Assembly: GCA_051362555.1 (NCBI GenBank)
Contig: CM120641.1
Coordinates: 4,526,001-4,590,000, forward strand
Length of the DNA: 64,000 nt
DNA from: Lingula anatina
Taxonomy: Eukaryota; Animalia; Brachiopoda
Direction of reading: 5' to 3'
Numbering within the stretch: position 1 is the stretch's first letter; the number at the start of each line of letters is the position of its first letter. This document shows, piece after piece, positions 51,147 to 62,790 of this stretch. The translations under genes and the position numbers were made by a program. The notes beneath the pieces were generated by a model. The model was not told the DNA's origin. It saw only the letters and a program-made list of their open reading frames with translations, and searched no databases.

Positions 51147-51583
51147 GTATGAGCCTTGATGGCATACGTGTTAGATAGTTTACGCTTATCTTCAGTTGTC
51201 GGTCTCTGAATCTTGTTTTTTTTTTCGCTTTTTTTTCTCCATTTTATTTTCAGCGTTTAACAAGTTTGTGTGATTATGGGCTTTTAGTTGTGTGCGTTAC
51301 CATACCCCGTAGTTCTAGGTGTTGTGGGGCATGTGTGTGAGCAGCAGGTAGATTCGATTTTCCGTTTTCATACAGCATCTATTAGTTGCCTTGGTGATTG
51401 TCTTGTTTCAGATCCCGTGACGATATTCATCCTCGGCTTCGGTTATTTTTGTGGTTTGGTCTTGTCGTAAGATGCACGCTCGATGGTTCATTAAACAATG
51501 GGTTCCGTCAGGGGACCATTACGTGAGCGGGTCATCTAATGAGTAATAATTAATAAGACCTGTACAATTTATTTCGTTTCAGA

Positions 51584-52780
51584 ATGTCTGGATTTCTGGA
51601 CGTCCTAGGCAAAGTTGGCAAGGGACTTCGAAGTGATGATGATTTCTTCGACAGACTGAGCCATCGCTACACAGCCATTATTTTCATTGTTTTTGCCCTT
51701 GTGGTCAGCACAAAACAATATGTCGGCGACCCGATTACGTGCTGGACACCAACTCACTTTACTGATGCTCATGAAGATTATACCAATAACTATTGCTGGA
51801 TAAAAAATACGTACTATACTGCATTTGATGAGCGGATCCCGGAGAAATGGGAACCGCATGAGCACATTGGGTACTACCAATGGGTGCCCATTGTGCTGAT
51901 GGTACAGGCACTCATGTTTTACATACCCTGTATAGTATGGAGACTTTTGAATGGAAGGACGGGGGTGGATATGAACACCATCGTGAAATCATTAAGTGGA
52001 AATGAAAGTTTAAACCCAGATGCGCGAGAGGGGACGATCCGGTACCTTGTGCGCCATTTAGATAGATACTTTGATCACCAGAGGGACCTAAGCAAGGGCT
52101 GCTTTGCCAACTGCAAGCAGCTAATCTCAAAACATTGTATATGTCTTTTTTGTGGAAGGCGATATGGTAACTACCTTATAGCATTATACCTTATTATCAA
52201 AGTTATCTATTTGGCCAATGTAATTGGTCAGTTGTTCCTCCTCAATGCATTCCTTGGGACCAATTACCACATCTACGGCTTCGAAGTTATAGGTGACCTG
52301 ATGAACAAAAGAAGTTGGAAAGAGTCGGGTCAGTTCCCGAGAGTTACCCTGTGTGACTTTGAAATCCGTTTCCTTGGAGGAGTCAGCAACATTCACCGCC
52401 ACACCGTCCAGTGTGTGCTCCCCATTAACCTTTTTAATGAGAAAATCTACATTTTCATCTGGTTCTGGTTGGTCTTTGTATCCGCTGCCACCGTGTTCGG
52501 GTTCCTAACCTGGCTTAGCATGCTATTCCAACGGGAGAGGAGACATTACATCCGTAAATATCTCAAACTAATGGAGCGAATCGAGTCAAACTGTGATACC
52601 AAAATGACCCACGCCTTCATTGAAAAATACCTGCGTCAAGATGGGGTGTTTATATTAAAACTTTTAGGTAGGAATACAAACGATGTTGTAGTGGCTGAAA
52701 TGATTGACGCTTTGTGGGAGTACTTTACAGAACAAAAGCGAAACATTCATCCTGGAAATGGAACAGAGATCGATGTTTGA
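51584..52780 (+). CDS. Innexin (gap-junction channel, unc-9/unc-7-like), intronless 398-aa coding exon
   Basis: Innexin motifs DDDFFDRLSHRYT, QYVGDPITCWTP, NNYCWIKNTY, YYQWVP, FPRVTLCDF, QCVLPINLFNEKIY, LRQDGVFIL; four hydrophobic segments. Acceptor TTTCGTTTCAG ends at 51582, 1 nt before the ATG. Confidence 0.97.
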   Translation: MSGFLDVLGKVGKGLRSDDDFFDRLSHRYTAIIFIVFALVVSTKQYVGDPITCWTPTHFTDAHEDYTNNYCWIKNTYYTAFDERIPEKWEPHEHIGYYQWVPIVLMVQALMFYIPCIVWRLLNGRTGVDMNTIVKSLSGNESLNPDAREGTIRYLVRHLDRYFDHQRDLSKGCFANCKQLISKHCICLFCGRRYGNYLIALYLIIKVIYLANVIGQLFLLNAFLGTNYHIYGFEVIGDLMNKRSWKESGQFPRVTLCDFEIRFLGGVSNIHRHTVQCVLPINLFNEKIYIFIWFWLVFVSAATVFGFLTWLSMLFQRERRHYIRKYLKLMERIESNCDTKMTHAFIEKYLRQDGVFILKLLGRNTNDVVVAEMIDALWEYFTEQKRNIHPGNGTEIDV

Positions 52781-55700
52781 TACACATCTAAAATGTAAAT
52801 AAGGGGCCCTGATCTTTTGACATGAAGACTTTCGCACAAGCGTATGATCTCAGCAAGAAAGCATTACCATTTTGCAAAGCCCTCGCTGCACTTGTGGAAT
52901 GGCCAAAACATCAATGCACGTTACGTCGTTTTTATTCGTCTTCCAAGGCCTCTAGCAAAGTTCACCCTCTCCATAGGAATTTCGGTACTCAGTATTGATA
53001 TGTCACATACGAAATCATGAGTGGCCAAATATTTTAATACAGCGGGCCGTTGAATGACGTTAAAATGGCGGCCATATTTAGACAAGGGTTTATTTGAGAA
53101 CCAGAGCAAACATCAGGTTATTTGTCGCCGCCAGGAAAATCAATGCTGAAGGTGTATGATCATAGTGGTGTGAACAAGAAAGGTACCTTCACTCACACAC
53201 TGGGGCTGTGGCCTAACAATAACTTGGTGCCATTGACGATCTAAAATGTCATGTTTTTGTGACATTGATGTATGAAAAATAAAGCCTATATGTAGATAGA
53301 TATATCGAATAACATTATTCACACGTAAGCGTAAGTGTTATGCAACAATTTTAAATAATTTTTAAGCAGAGTAGATGGTGCGAATCACGTACTCATGTTC
53401 TTAATGTAAATTCCTTAGGTACATTTTTTGTTTGTTTGTTGACTTTTTTCTGTGATATAAATGATGCAATTTAGACATCTATGGAAGGAATTTAGACACA
53501 GAGAATTGGAATTTTGTTTTCACCTTGTATTTTAGTATTTTGTTAACCAATTCACTTTTTTGTATTAACCCTATAAAATGTTGTTTTTGTCGTCACCTTT
53601 ATTTATACATAGAGATATTTACTTTGTTCTCCTCGTGTACAATTGAGGTACAGGTGTGTTATCTAATTTATTTATGATTTTTACTCAAGTATGCATTAGT
53701 GAATTAAATATGTATCCATTGATTATCACGGTGTACTGGTACTTTGCAAGTAAAGTTACAGGTTAACGATTTTACTTCGACTCCACAATAATTACTCTGT
53801 ATGCTGTTTCCCCTTTATCTTGAGTTTGTTTAATTACTGGCCTTTGTGTCTTAACTTCGTGTTCTTCAACCTCACAAGATTGTCCCCAGGCCAAATACAG
53901 AAATATTTACAATAAGTATAGAAACGCAAGTATGACTTTTGCCAGTTGTCTACTGATTGCATTAGTTTGTTTCGTGTTGGGAATCCCGAAGGACAGTAGG
54001 TACTGGAAGTTGAGCAAGTCAGGTGGAAAGGTGTGGGAACTAAATTAGGAATTGTTCAAATGCCCTGGCTGGCGCTATCGACAGAAGAAGAAGCAAGAAT
54101 TTGTTCAGGAGATTGGAGAAGAGAGGGGGAAACTCAATGAAAATTTACAATGATTTGAAGAAAAGTAACAAAAGAAAATAAATTACGACAAGAATAGAAT
54201 GGAAGACATTTAAACTCAGAAATATTTGAAAGAAAAGAAGAAATGTAATTAAACATACAGTGAGGCGAAGCGATAAAAGTAAAAACGAAAAGGATGAATT
54301 ATATCAGAAATGAATTTGGAATACATTTGGGGGGGGGGGGGGAATTAAAACCGTTATTATTAATTAAACCGCAAAATATCATTTCAATTTTGAGCACATT
54401 AATCTATGCCACTAGTCATCATCTGCTTGTGATCTCTGACGAGGATGGCCTGATGGGCAAATTAATGGTTTGTAAATGATCGCTCCCATCGATCAGTGAT
54501 GAGAAGAGAGTCGGGTGTGTCCCTAATTGATACTAGTACAGTTATCTCATTAAGTGACGTCAAACTTGTAGTACGGGCTCTCGACTATGCCAAATTAAAG
54601 AAAACAGTGGTATCTTGTAACAGGAACCAGTAGCAATTGCTAATCAGATAAACACTCCGAGCGTAAGTTTCTCACTTAAGCAAAATTCCCTTGAATATTG
54701 AACAAAAAATGTAAGCTACTTAGGCATGTTATTCCCTTGACTGAAATATCTATTTATGTCTGAATACATGAGGGTAATGCGAAAATTGTTTTGACTCTTC
54801 GGGGACGATTAAAACTAACATGTGCTAAGCATTGTACTTTGCGTGCAAAAAGCAACTTTCTTTACAGGTATTTTTATTAGTAGTACGTTCAGGATACAGT
54901 GTGCACGGTAGTATAGTTACTTATACACTTGATTTTTTATGAAAGAATATTATGACATTCAAGTTCATGATGTTTGCGTGTACAAGTGTGATACCTGGTT
55001 AAAGTAGGCGGTAAGATAGTGTTAAAATTATTATTTCTCTTATATTCAAAACACAAAATTCACCTACATATAATTATATATTATATACGTGTTGATAAAG
55101 TATCTAGTGTTAAGAACCTGTATTATTAATTAATTATTGTATTGTAGTTTGAATCTCATACAACAACTTTAAAAACTGTGCTATGTAAAAGTTCCAAACG
55201 CTGAGATTATATACATTATATATGTCTGGTGAAGCACAATCGTTCAGTACTGTTTGAAAACTACTGATTCACTTGAGTCATATCTGTGAATAATGTGAAG
55301 ATTGAGATTGCTCAAAGAACACAATTTGCTGAACAAGACAACCTAGGAGAATAAAAAAGTTTAAATGAGTGTTACAGAGCTCTCCCTTTGAAAACTACTT
55401 TTGTCGATATTCCAATAAGAGCGCTGGATTGAAGACTAAATATATGGCTTTTCCGTGATCGAATCCCGGGTATTGTCTTCCACCTGCGCCATTGATTGTG
55501 GACGGGCGGGAGGAGCCGGGGATCGATGGTTTCAGGCTAGTTCATCAACATCGTTGAATAGGCTTGTTTATACAGAGAGGCTTCTTTCCTTGTCTTCCAC
55601 CCTCTTTATTGATTCCCCCAGAACAGCCGGTGCGGAGCATCGATCAGCCCTTACTTTACAAGTGCTAATTAGACCTCTAAGTAGCTGGAGTGCTGAAAAA

Positions 55701-57764
55701 TGGAAAACATATTCATGGGGAGAATGACACTCTTTCGCTCCTTGGTATTACATTTCTGCTAAATTGGCAATAAATCGCGGTAATAATGTGAATGTACAGT
55801 TAGAGAAACGATGAATAAATATTAGCAAATTGTAAGCATCAGACAATTTGGTGAATGAGAGAGAAAGCTTATCTGTTAGAATTGTGATTCATTGTTTAAT
55901 TTTAAGTGACTCACTAGTGGTAACAAAATTGTTCTCTTCTAAGTTTCGTTTTCAAAATTCCAAATTCTTCTTTGAATATCAAGTTTAAAATCTAATTGAA
56001 TAAGTGCTTTTTGGTCTAGCATAAGACCCAGGATTCTCACTTAACAAAAATTGCGTAAATTGTCTTGCACAAAATCTAATTGCATTTTTCTGAAGCAGTT
56101 TCACTTCTTTTTTTTTTACGAAGTAATAAATATCAAAACTAATAAGGGTGTCATTTATGATTTTAATTGTGACAGACCCTCACCTACTACAATGTGGAGT
56201 TTAACTGCCTCATGGTTTACTGCGATTGTGCCGGCGAATTTCCCCATACGTAGGCCCTACTTATCAATACTGGGAACATTTCAGTTGCTTTTTGTTCCGC
56301 TCACCTGCAGATTAGCTACGGAATGAATCTAAGGTTTATCTTAATGCGGTCCCTTTAATACAATGTTGATAATTTAATTTGGAATCGGCCTACATCACTC
56401 GTGTTAAATTTTCATTGGTCTTGTGATAGGCCTACATCTTGTACCAGATTGGAAATAATAATGGTCATAAAACTGTTTAAATACATTTGTTTTACTATCT
56501 ATATATACAAAAACACGACAATTCTAAAGATAAGATCCAATGATCCACAATTGCTTACAAAATTATTTTTGAGCAAAAAATGTACAAAAAGAAATCCAAT
56601 CCTGCATTGTTACGAACAATAGATAAAATGTTGTCAATATTCTTGTAGTCTTAAATAATTTTTTTCTGTAGTCATGGAAATTGCAAAAGCGCCATTTAAT
56701 ATTCTTTGACATTACTAATTGTATTAATAAAGCATTACATCTTATATCCAAATAAAAATAAAAAGTGGGAAGTGGGATTACAACCAAAATGGACGTTTTA
56801 TGAACATGTTTATTTGAGCGCCCTTCCCTCGTCGTATTTTCTTTTAGCGTTAAAATGTTTTATTGATCTTGAAAGAGTCTTGTTTCGTCAACAAAAATTA
56901 TGATCTGCATGTCTCCTTGTTCGTTTTTGTACAAAAGACAAGAGCCAAATGTTAGCGCAAAAAGATCCCCACAATTGTAAACATCGAGACTGGGGAATCT
57001 GATCTTACAAGAAAACACTCTATTTGAGTGGAAATTGGAGAAAACTGATATCAGAATAATTATCAATAAAAATTCTGAGTAACCAGATTAACTTAAATGT
57101 CATCATTTCTTACGAGCGAACAACGCATGGTAGGCTCTATGAACGATTGCGTTAGTTGTGCTATGTCACAACAGTATCTCAACCAGCACAATGACATCCC
57201 AGTTTAGAACACATTCCAATCTGATTCTCATCCCTGCAGTGATTGCGACAATTTTGTTAAAATTCACAAACAGTTATCAAACATTTTGTGAAAACTGAAT
57301 ATTCATTCATTTCATTTGAATTGTAAAGGATTCCAATTCTGACATCAAGCTTTTCTTGTACGGTTACTTTTCAACGCGAGGCAAAACAGACCACCATGTT
57401 GCTTCGTGATACAGTGTGAAAGATGCAAGCATAAAAAAAAACTCTTTTATTTTGGTAAATTAATGTTTTTTTACTGTTAGAGTGAGATATATAATAAGAG
57501 CCTATTTACCTTTCACAGAAAAAAATCAGCATTATTTCTTGATAGCATCTGATCTTCTCGATTCATGTGATGTCTGAAGGCAGTTTGCCTGCAGGTCCAG
57601 TCGTGTCAGCAGAAGACCAACTTCCAGTTAAGGTAGGTACAATTTACACATCACCTTTTGACAAAAATGCCCAGTTTTGACCGTAAAACATTTTAAATAT
57701 AAATTAAAATGTTACAAATTCATTTTAGAACATTTAATTATTTTCATTTGACTTAAAAAGTAAA

Positions 57765-58606
57765 TTAAAGGGATAGCAGCTGTGCATTTTGGAAAAAAAT
57801 TATAATAATAAAGGATTTTCCCGGTGTAAACAATATTCCCATACTTACGAGTGGTTAATGAATCCGTTCTGACATTTAAAATGAGTTCATGTTTTTTTTA
57901 AGTTTGATTTTTTCGTAATAATCTCTTAAAGGGATAACAACTTTGTTTTGGAAAAAAAAAACAGATTTTTCTGGGGTGAACAACAATTTTCCCATACTAA
58001 CCAATGGTTAATATGATGACAACTCTTTGTATTTCATAATAAATACATTGTAAACAACTCGTAGAAATATTATAAATTCCATTTTACCACCAAAATGGCA
58101 GTTAATACAATTATTTTGGAATTTGCTTGCCACTGGACCATGGATACCCTCTGTAATAATTTCTTAAATGATTATAACAAAAACCAAACTTTTTAGAAAA
58201 AGAAAAAAAGAACAGAGAATAACTTTGAATGTATAAAATTCAGTATAAAAAGAACTCCAGGGAGGGCTGTGTATGTAGCTAGAGGCCCAGATGGAAGCTA
58301 ACCAAATTTGATTTCATGATGAAATGTTAAGCTTGTGGCAAATAATTCTACGTTGGGATAGTTAATTCGTGGTTGGAGTCATTAATTTGTGCATTTGTGC
58401 TTCCAAATCTAAGGTTAGAAAACAGCAATTATCATTTATAAGGCCTGTATGAAGGTCCACATGGTCTAGTGACAAGCACAGATTCCAGATCAATTGTGAT
58501 AACTGCTGTTTTGGTGTGAAATAGTGTTTATTATATTTCTGTGAGTTGTGTAAATTGTTTTTATTGTAAAATATGAATCTCATATGAAGAGTTGTTATCC
58601 TTTTAA
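57765..58606. mobile_element. Cluster of fragmented, mixed-orientation copies of the Kolobok-like family
   Basis: TTAAAGGGATA ends near 57765 and 57926 followed by reverse-complement right-end sequence, a forward internal piece at ~58020-58230, and a reverse left end GAAGAGTTGTTATCCTTTTAA ending near 58606. Confidence 0.7.
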
Positions 58607-59195
58607 TTAAAAAAGGAATTTTCTTTTTCATAAGTATTGAAATTGACCAGTGTATGCTGTTGTATGATGACAGTAAATTTGCAGTCATGTAATTTCATGT
58701 TTTTCATGTTAAAATTTCAATATTTGTGAATGAAAAACTGAAAGAAAATATACTTTGTTGCTCAATATGGATATACAGATATTTTTTTTACATTTTTACT
58801 ATTTTGTGTTCCTTTTTGATTGCAGTTTGTATATATTCGTGATAAATGGATAAGACAGTGCAGATAAGCCTGATGCATATTTACAAAGATTTGTAGATGG
58901 TGTTATTCAATTTACATCCAACAATCCTGTTTTCCTGTTAAATTTCATTGTGTCAGAATATTAATGCAACACATTTTATTAGCACATGTTCCACATTTTA
59001 TTGATATATTTTCTGTTGCTCTTTGTGTGCAAATATCATTGATATTACTGGAAATGTTTTATATGGCCATCAGATAGCCCATATAATGTAGTGTTATGAT
59101 ATACGATATGGGCCCCCTTGCTGGTAATGACTCTATGATAAGCACTCTAAGTGATGCTCATCTTGCAGGTGTTCACACAAATGGACAGACACTAA

Positions 59196-59369
59196 GGCCC
59201 CATTCAGAATGGGGGACTAAGTAGTCCGAGGGTCAAATAGGGCTGACCCACTTGAATACTTCCCCACGAATATCTATTCAGTGTCTATTAGCAGACTAGG
59301 CAGCAAGCTTTGTAGTGGGTTGCCATATTTGAAGCTCTGACTACTTAGCCCCCTATTCTGAATGGGGCC
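59196..59369. mobile_element. PIF/Harbinger-like (Tourist-type) MITE
   Basis: Imperfect TIR of ~45-50 bp GGCCCCATTCAGAAT.GGGG.CTAAGTAGTC... / ...GACTACTTAGCCCCCTATTCTGAATGGGGCC, flanked by TAA and TAT. Confidence 0.8.
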
Positions 59370-60630
59370 TATGTTATATTTTGAAATAACATGCCCCTAT
59401 TGCCTCATTCATAAATACTACCATATTTCTGCTGATTAATATTGCCAGTCAATCTTATTGTGTGTAAAACTTAGTCATTTATAAAGATAATTTGTAAAGA
59501 CAGTAGTTTTATAAGTAAGCGTAAGGAATCTAGGTTTTATTATATCTAAAAAAAAATTTGTAATTTTTCTTTTTTGTAATTGTAGTAGATAAAGTTGTAT
59601 AATGTACAATATTTAAAATATTGAAATGACATCTTCAAATGATTATGAAATAAGATCACGACATTTCCATCCAGTATTACAATTAATCTATTCATTATCT
59701 TAAAATAATATAACTTGATGAATCAAAACCTTCACTTTGACATCTACCCGTGACTTGATTATCTCTCCGATATTTTATCTATAGTGTAGGATCAGATTTG
59801 ACCATCCTTTTAATTTATCGACTTCAGTCTGTGTTTGACTCTCACCCACAGGCTGTATATCTTATGTCATTTTTTTTACTTCTAGAACTGTTTCATTTGA
59901 TGCTGCATGCACATTGGTAATAAATTACTGTTTACTTTTCTGTGGTATTTTAGATTATTGACATGATATGTATATACATGTCAGTACGTTGGCCATTTTC
60001 CCCCTAATCTCTCTCTAAGACTATCATCATTCGACTTATGATGTACTGTAAGGGAAAAAAGTAAAGTCATGGTACACTGTAGTTGTTATATTTTTGTTTG
60101 CTTAACACAATAAGGGTTCATATTTTCTTCTTCTGTTTATGTACCGAAAAATTCATCTCTTTGACACAACTCAAGTATGTGATAAAAGAATGTAAGATTA
60201 AGTTTGTTTGTCAGTCTCAAGTCTCTCAAGAGTAAAACATACTGGGTATGCCTATCCCAAATACTTGTCATCCAAAACAGGGTTAGGAATAAAAAGAATC
60301 ATGCTTGAAACAGACAGTGTGTAATAGTAGACACAATTGTGTTCATTGGCCCTATAATAATACAAATCACAAATGTCACGACTGTTAATGCAATCAGCAT
60401 ACACTCTTACATGCAACCTTAACTTTCTCAGTTAACATTGAAGATTAAGTTTTGATTATGCAGTTAAAATGGCAGAGTCATGATGACTTTTCTTATGGTC
60501 AGATTGTTGAAATATCAAAATAAAATTTAAAAAAAGAACACAGGATTTATGAAGTGTGTTGTTCAGGCTTACCCTGCACTTCGATATGGATACGGAAGGC
60601 GTGTAAATGCAGAAACGTTCGCTCATGCAG

Positions 60631-60632
<2 letters not shown>

Positions 60633-60661
<29 letters not shown>
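60633..60661. repeat. (GT)n microsatellite
   Basis: Read directly. Confidence 0.9.
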
Positions 60662-61888
60662 ATCCAGTAACCCCTTTTTCACACGCACATTGTCAGTAGG
60701 GTTTATTTCTTGCATTGAACTTGGTCTCAAGTCAATTTATTGCATCACTGTAGTTCTTAAGAAAGTCCATTTATCAGGCTGCACCTGCATAGTGAATGTA
60801 TGAATAGATGACTGCAGAAATGATAATGGAAAACTGTGTTTGTGTCTGAGAGGGCCTGCACCTACACATTACACTACAAGTAGTGTGTTTGATTTACTTA
60901 GATGATAGAGCAAACTGTATTAGCTCTGGCTGCTTCATATTGTAACTCATGCCATAAGAATTTAAAGTAAAAGTCAATGCATTGAAATGGTGAAGAAGCG
61001 AAATTAACTCTCTGTATACTGAAAGTTTTTTGGTACTCCAACTACTAGATGACTGATAAGAATACAAAGCAACCGGGCATCAGTTTAATGAAGCAAACTA
61101 GACTGACTTTGTATGCACCAGGTTTACAGAAAACACGACCAAACTGAAACCATGATGCTGAAACCCAGACGGGGGAGCTAGAAATACCAGAGTCACATAT
61201 CATTGGCTTTAATCATGAAAACTATACGTCCCCCAGACAACAAAGACTGGATACCCTTTCACAATTTAACGATTGAAAACCCTCAAGAAGTCCTCACACA
61301 TTACGGCACACATGATAGGATCGCGTCTTTTTTTTTTCGGCGTCCCTCATTTTCATACAAATTAGTTTTTTCGGTGGGTTTTGTTTGCACAGTGCGTCCC
61401 CCTCTCAAGTTATTGAAATGCCGCCCAGGACAGCTCTTCTGCTGCGTTAACCCGGCACAAAGGGACGCGCCCACCGCCAAAATGTGTTTGTCTGGCGTTG
61501 AATTGGCTCACTGGGGCGTTGCATGACACATTGCACTGGAGATGTGTTTGTGAACTCTTTGACCATTGTCCAGTTGTTTTCTCACCCCTTGCGTGATGTG
61601 ATTGGAAAATAACGCACGTAGAGTTTGAACGGGTGAAGAATTGTCAGAAATTGTCAGAAATGGATGGAGGCACTTTTAAATCACTACCCTGTCAAGTTTG
61701 GTACTGGTACTGACTGACCCGTTCTGACATGGTTTTCGTTTTTTTTTTTTTCATTCTCTATTTGTTCGTGATGCATATTTATTAATGTGTTTATTGATAT
61801 TTTCAGAATTGTTTTACCTACTAATCAACCAAGCGATGCGAAAAAATACTGATTGGAAATGGATATGTCGCTGCAAATCTTCGTTTTA

Positions 61889-62790
61889 TAATAATAATAA
61901 TAATAATAATAATTTATTCGAGCATTAAATGTGGCAGTTACATTTTTTAGCCCTCTAAACTACAAATATATAAATAAATAAATAGTTATACATCACTATG
62001 GATTACTACTAATACTAATACAGTGTTTAAGATTATTAATTACAGTGTATACGTTGTTTAAAATACTTATTACAATTGTAAATAGTTCAATACACTGAGG
62101 GAACACACATTTTCTTTGATAGGCTTATAGCTATATGTATCTAATGTGCCATACTTATGGTTCATATAATATATAGCAGGATGAGGCTACTTCAGTGTGG
62201 CAGATGCTCATTTCTTTTGGAAATTGCCGTCTGAATGTATTTACCAACAGCGTACAATTATTTCTCATTTTCTGGGCTTAGTATGATTTTAACCTTCTCG
62301 TCACTGCTTGCTAGGTGATGCATGTCACATTTAGGGAATTGTTTTAACATGCCCTCCCTCTCTTTTACATGGTGTCTACATTCTAGTAGGAAGTGCACTT
62401 CGTCCTCGATTGCAGGACAGTGGGGACAGAATCGTTCCTCGCGTGGTGTTTTAGGTCTGGTGTAGCGTCCTCTTTCCATTTCCAGAATATGATCACTGAC
62501 TCTAATTTTAGCCACTTCCCTTTTTAATGACTGAGGGGCATTAGTTAGCAGGTACTTTTCAATTTTGTAGGACTTTTTTATCAGACTATAAGTTTTTAAC
62601 TTGGTGCTTTGAGGATCAGTTAACTCTTCCCAGAACATTTTTTCAATTTTAGCATTGATTTTTTCCTCAATATTGCAATGTGTTTGGATTTGCTGAACCC
62701 CTGGGACATTTTCACTGTGAAGATTCCAAGTTGTTAACATAGTATTAATCGCTCCTGGCCAATCTTTTTCCCCTATTGTACACACTTACA
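61889..62790 (-). mobile_element. 5'-truncated non-LTR retrotransposon (RTEX-like LINE) 3' end, ORF2 C-terminus with premature stop
   Basis: KLKTYSLIK...EKYL...AKIRVSDHILEMERGRY...R.CPHC..IEDEVHFLLEC is a LINE ORF2 C-terminal Cys/His motif. The frame continues past TAA (LYAVGKYIQTAISKR). Minus-strand AATAAA followed by a (TTA)n tail at 61889-61918. Confidence 0.85.

Noticed and set aside
51605-52402. Antisense ORFs over the innexin, and similar shadow ORFs over the cGLR and MCM8 exons
   Set aside because: Shadow ORFs of real coding sequence with non-ATG starts or no motifs.
52778-52798. Stop-codon readthrough of the innexin
   Set aside because: TGA is not in a CTA(G/A) readthrough context and another in-frame stop follows after five codons.
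61203-61720. CpG-rich patch with a 107-aa ORF and possible first exon
   Set aside because: Could be a promoter or decayed transposon end, but no protein motif, TIR pair or downstream exon could be established.
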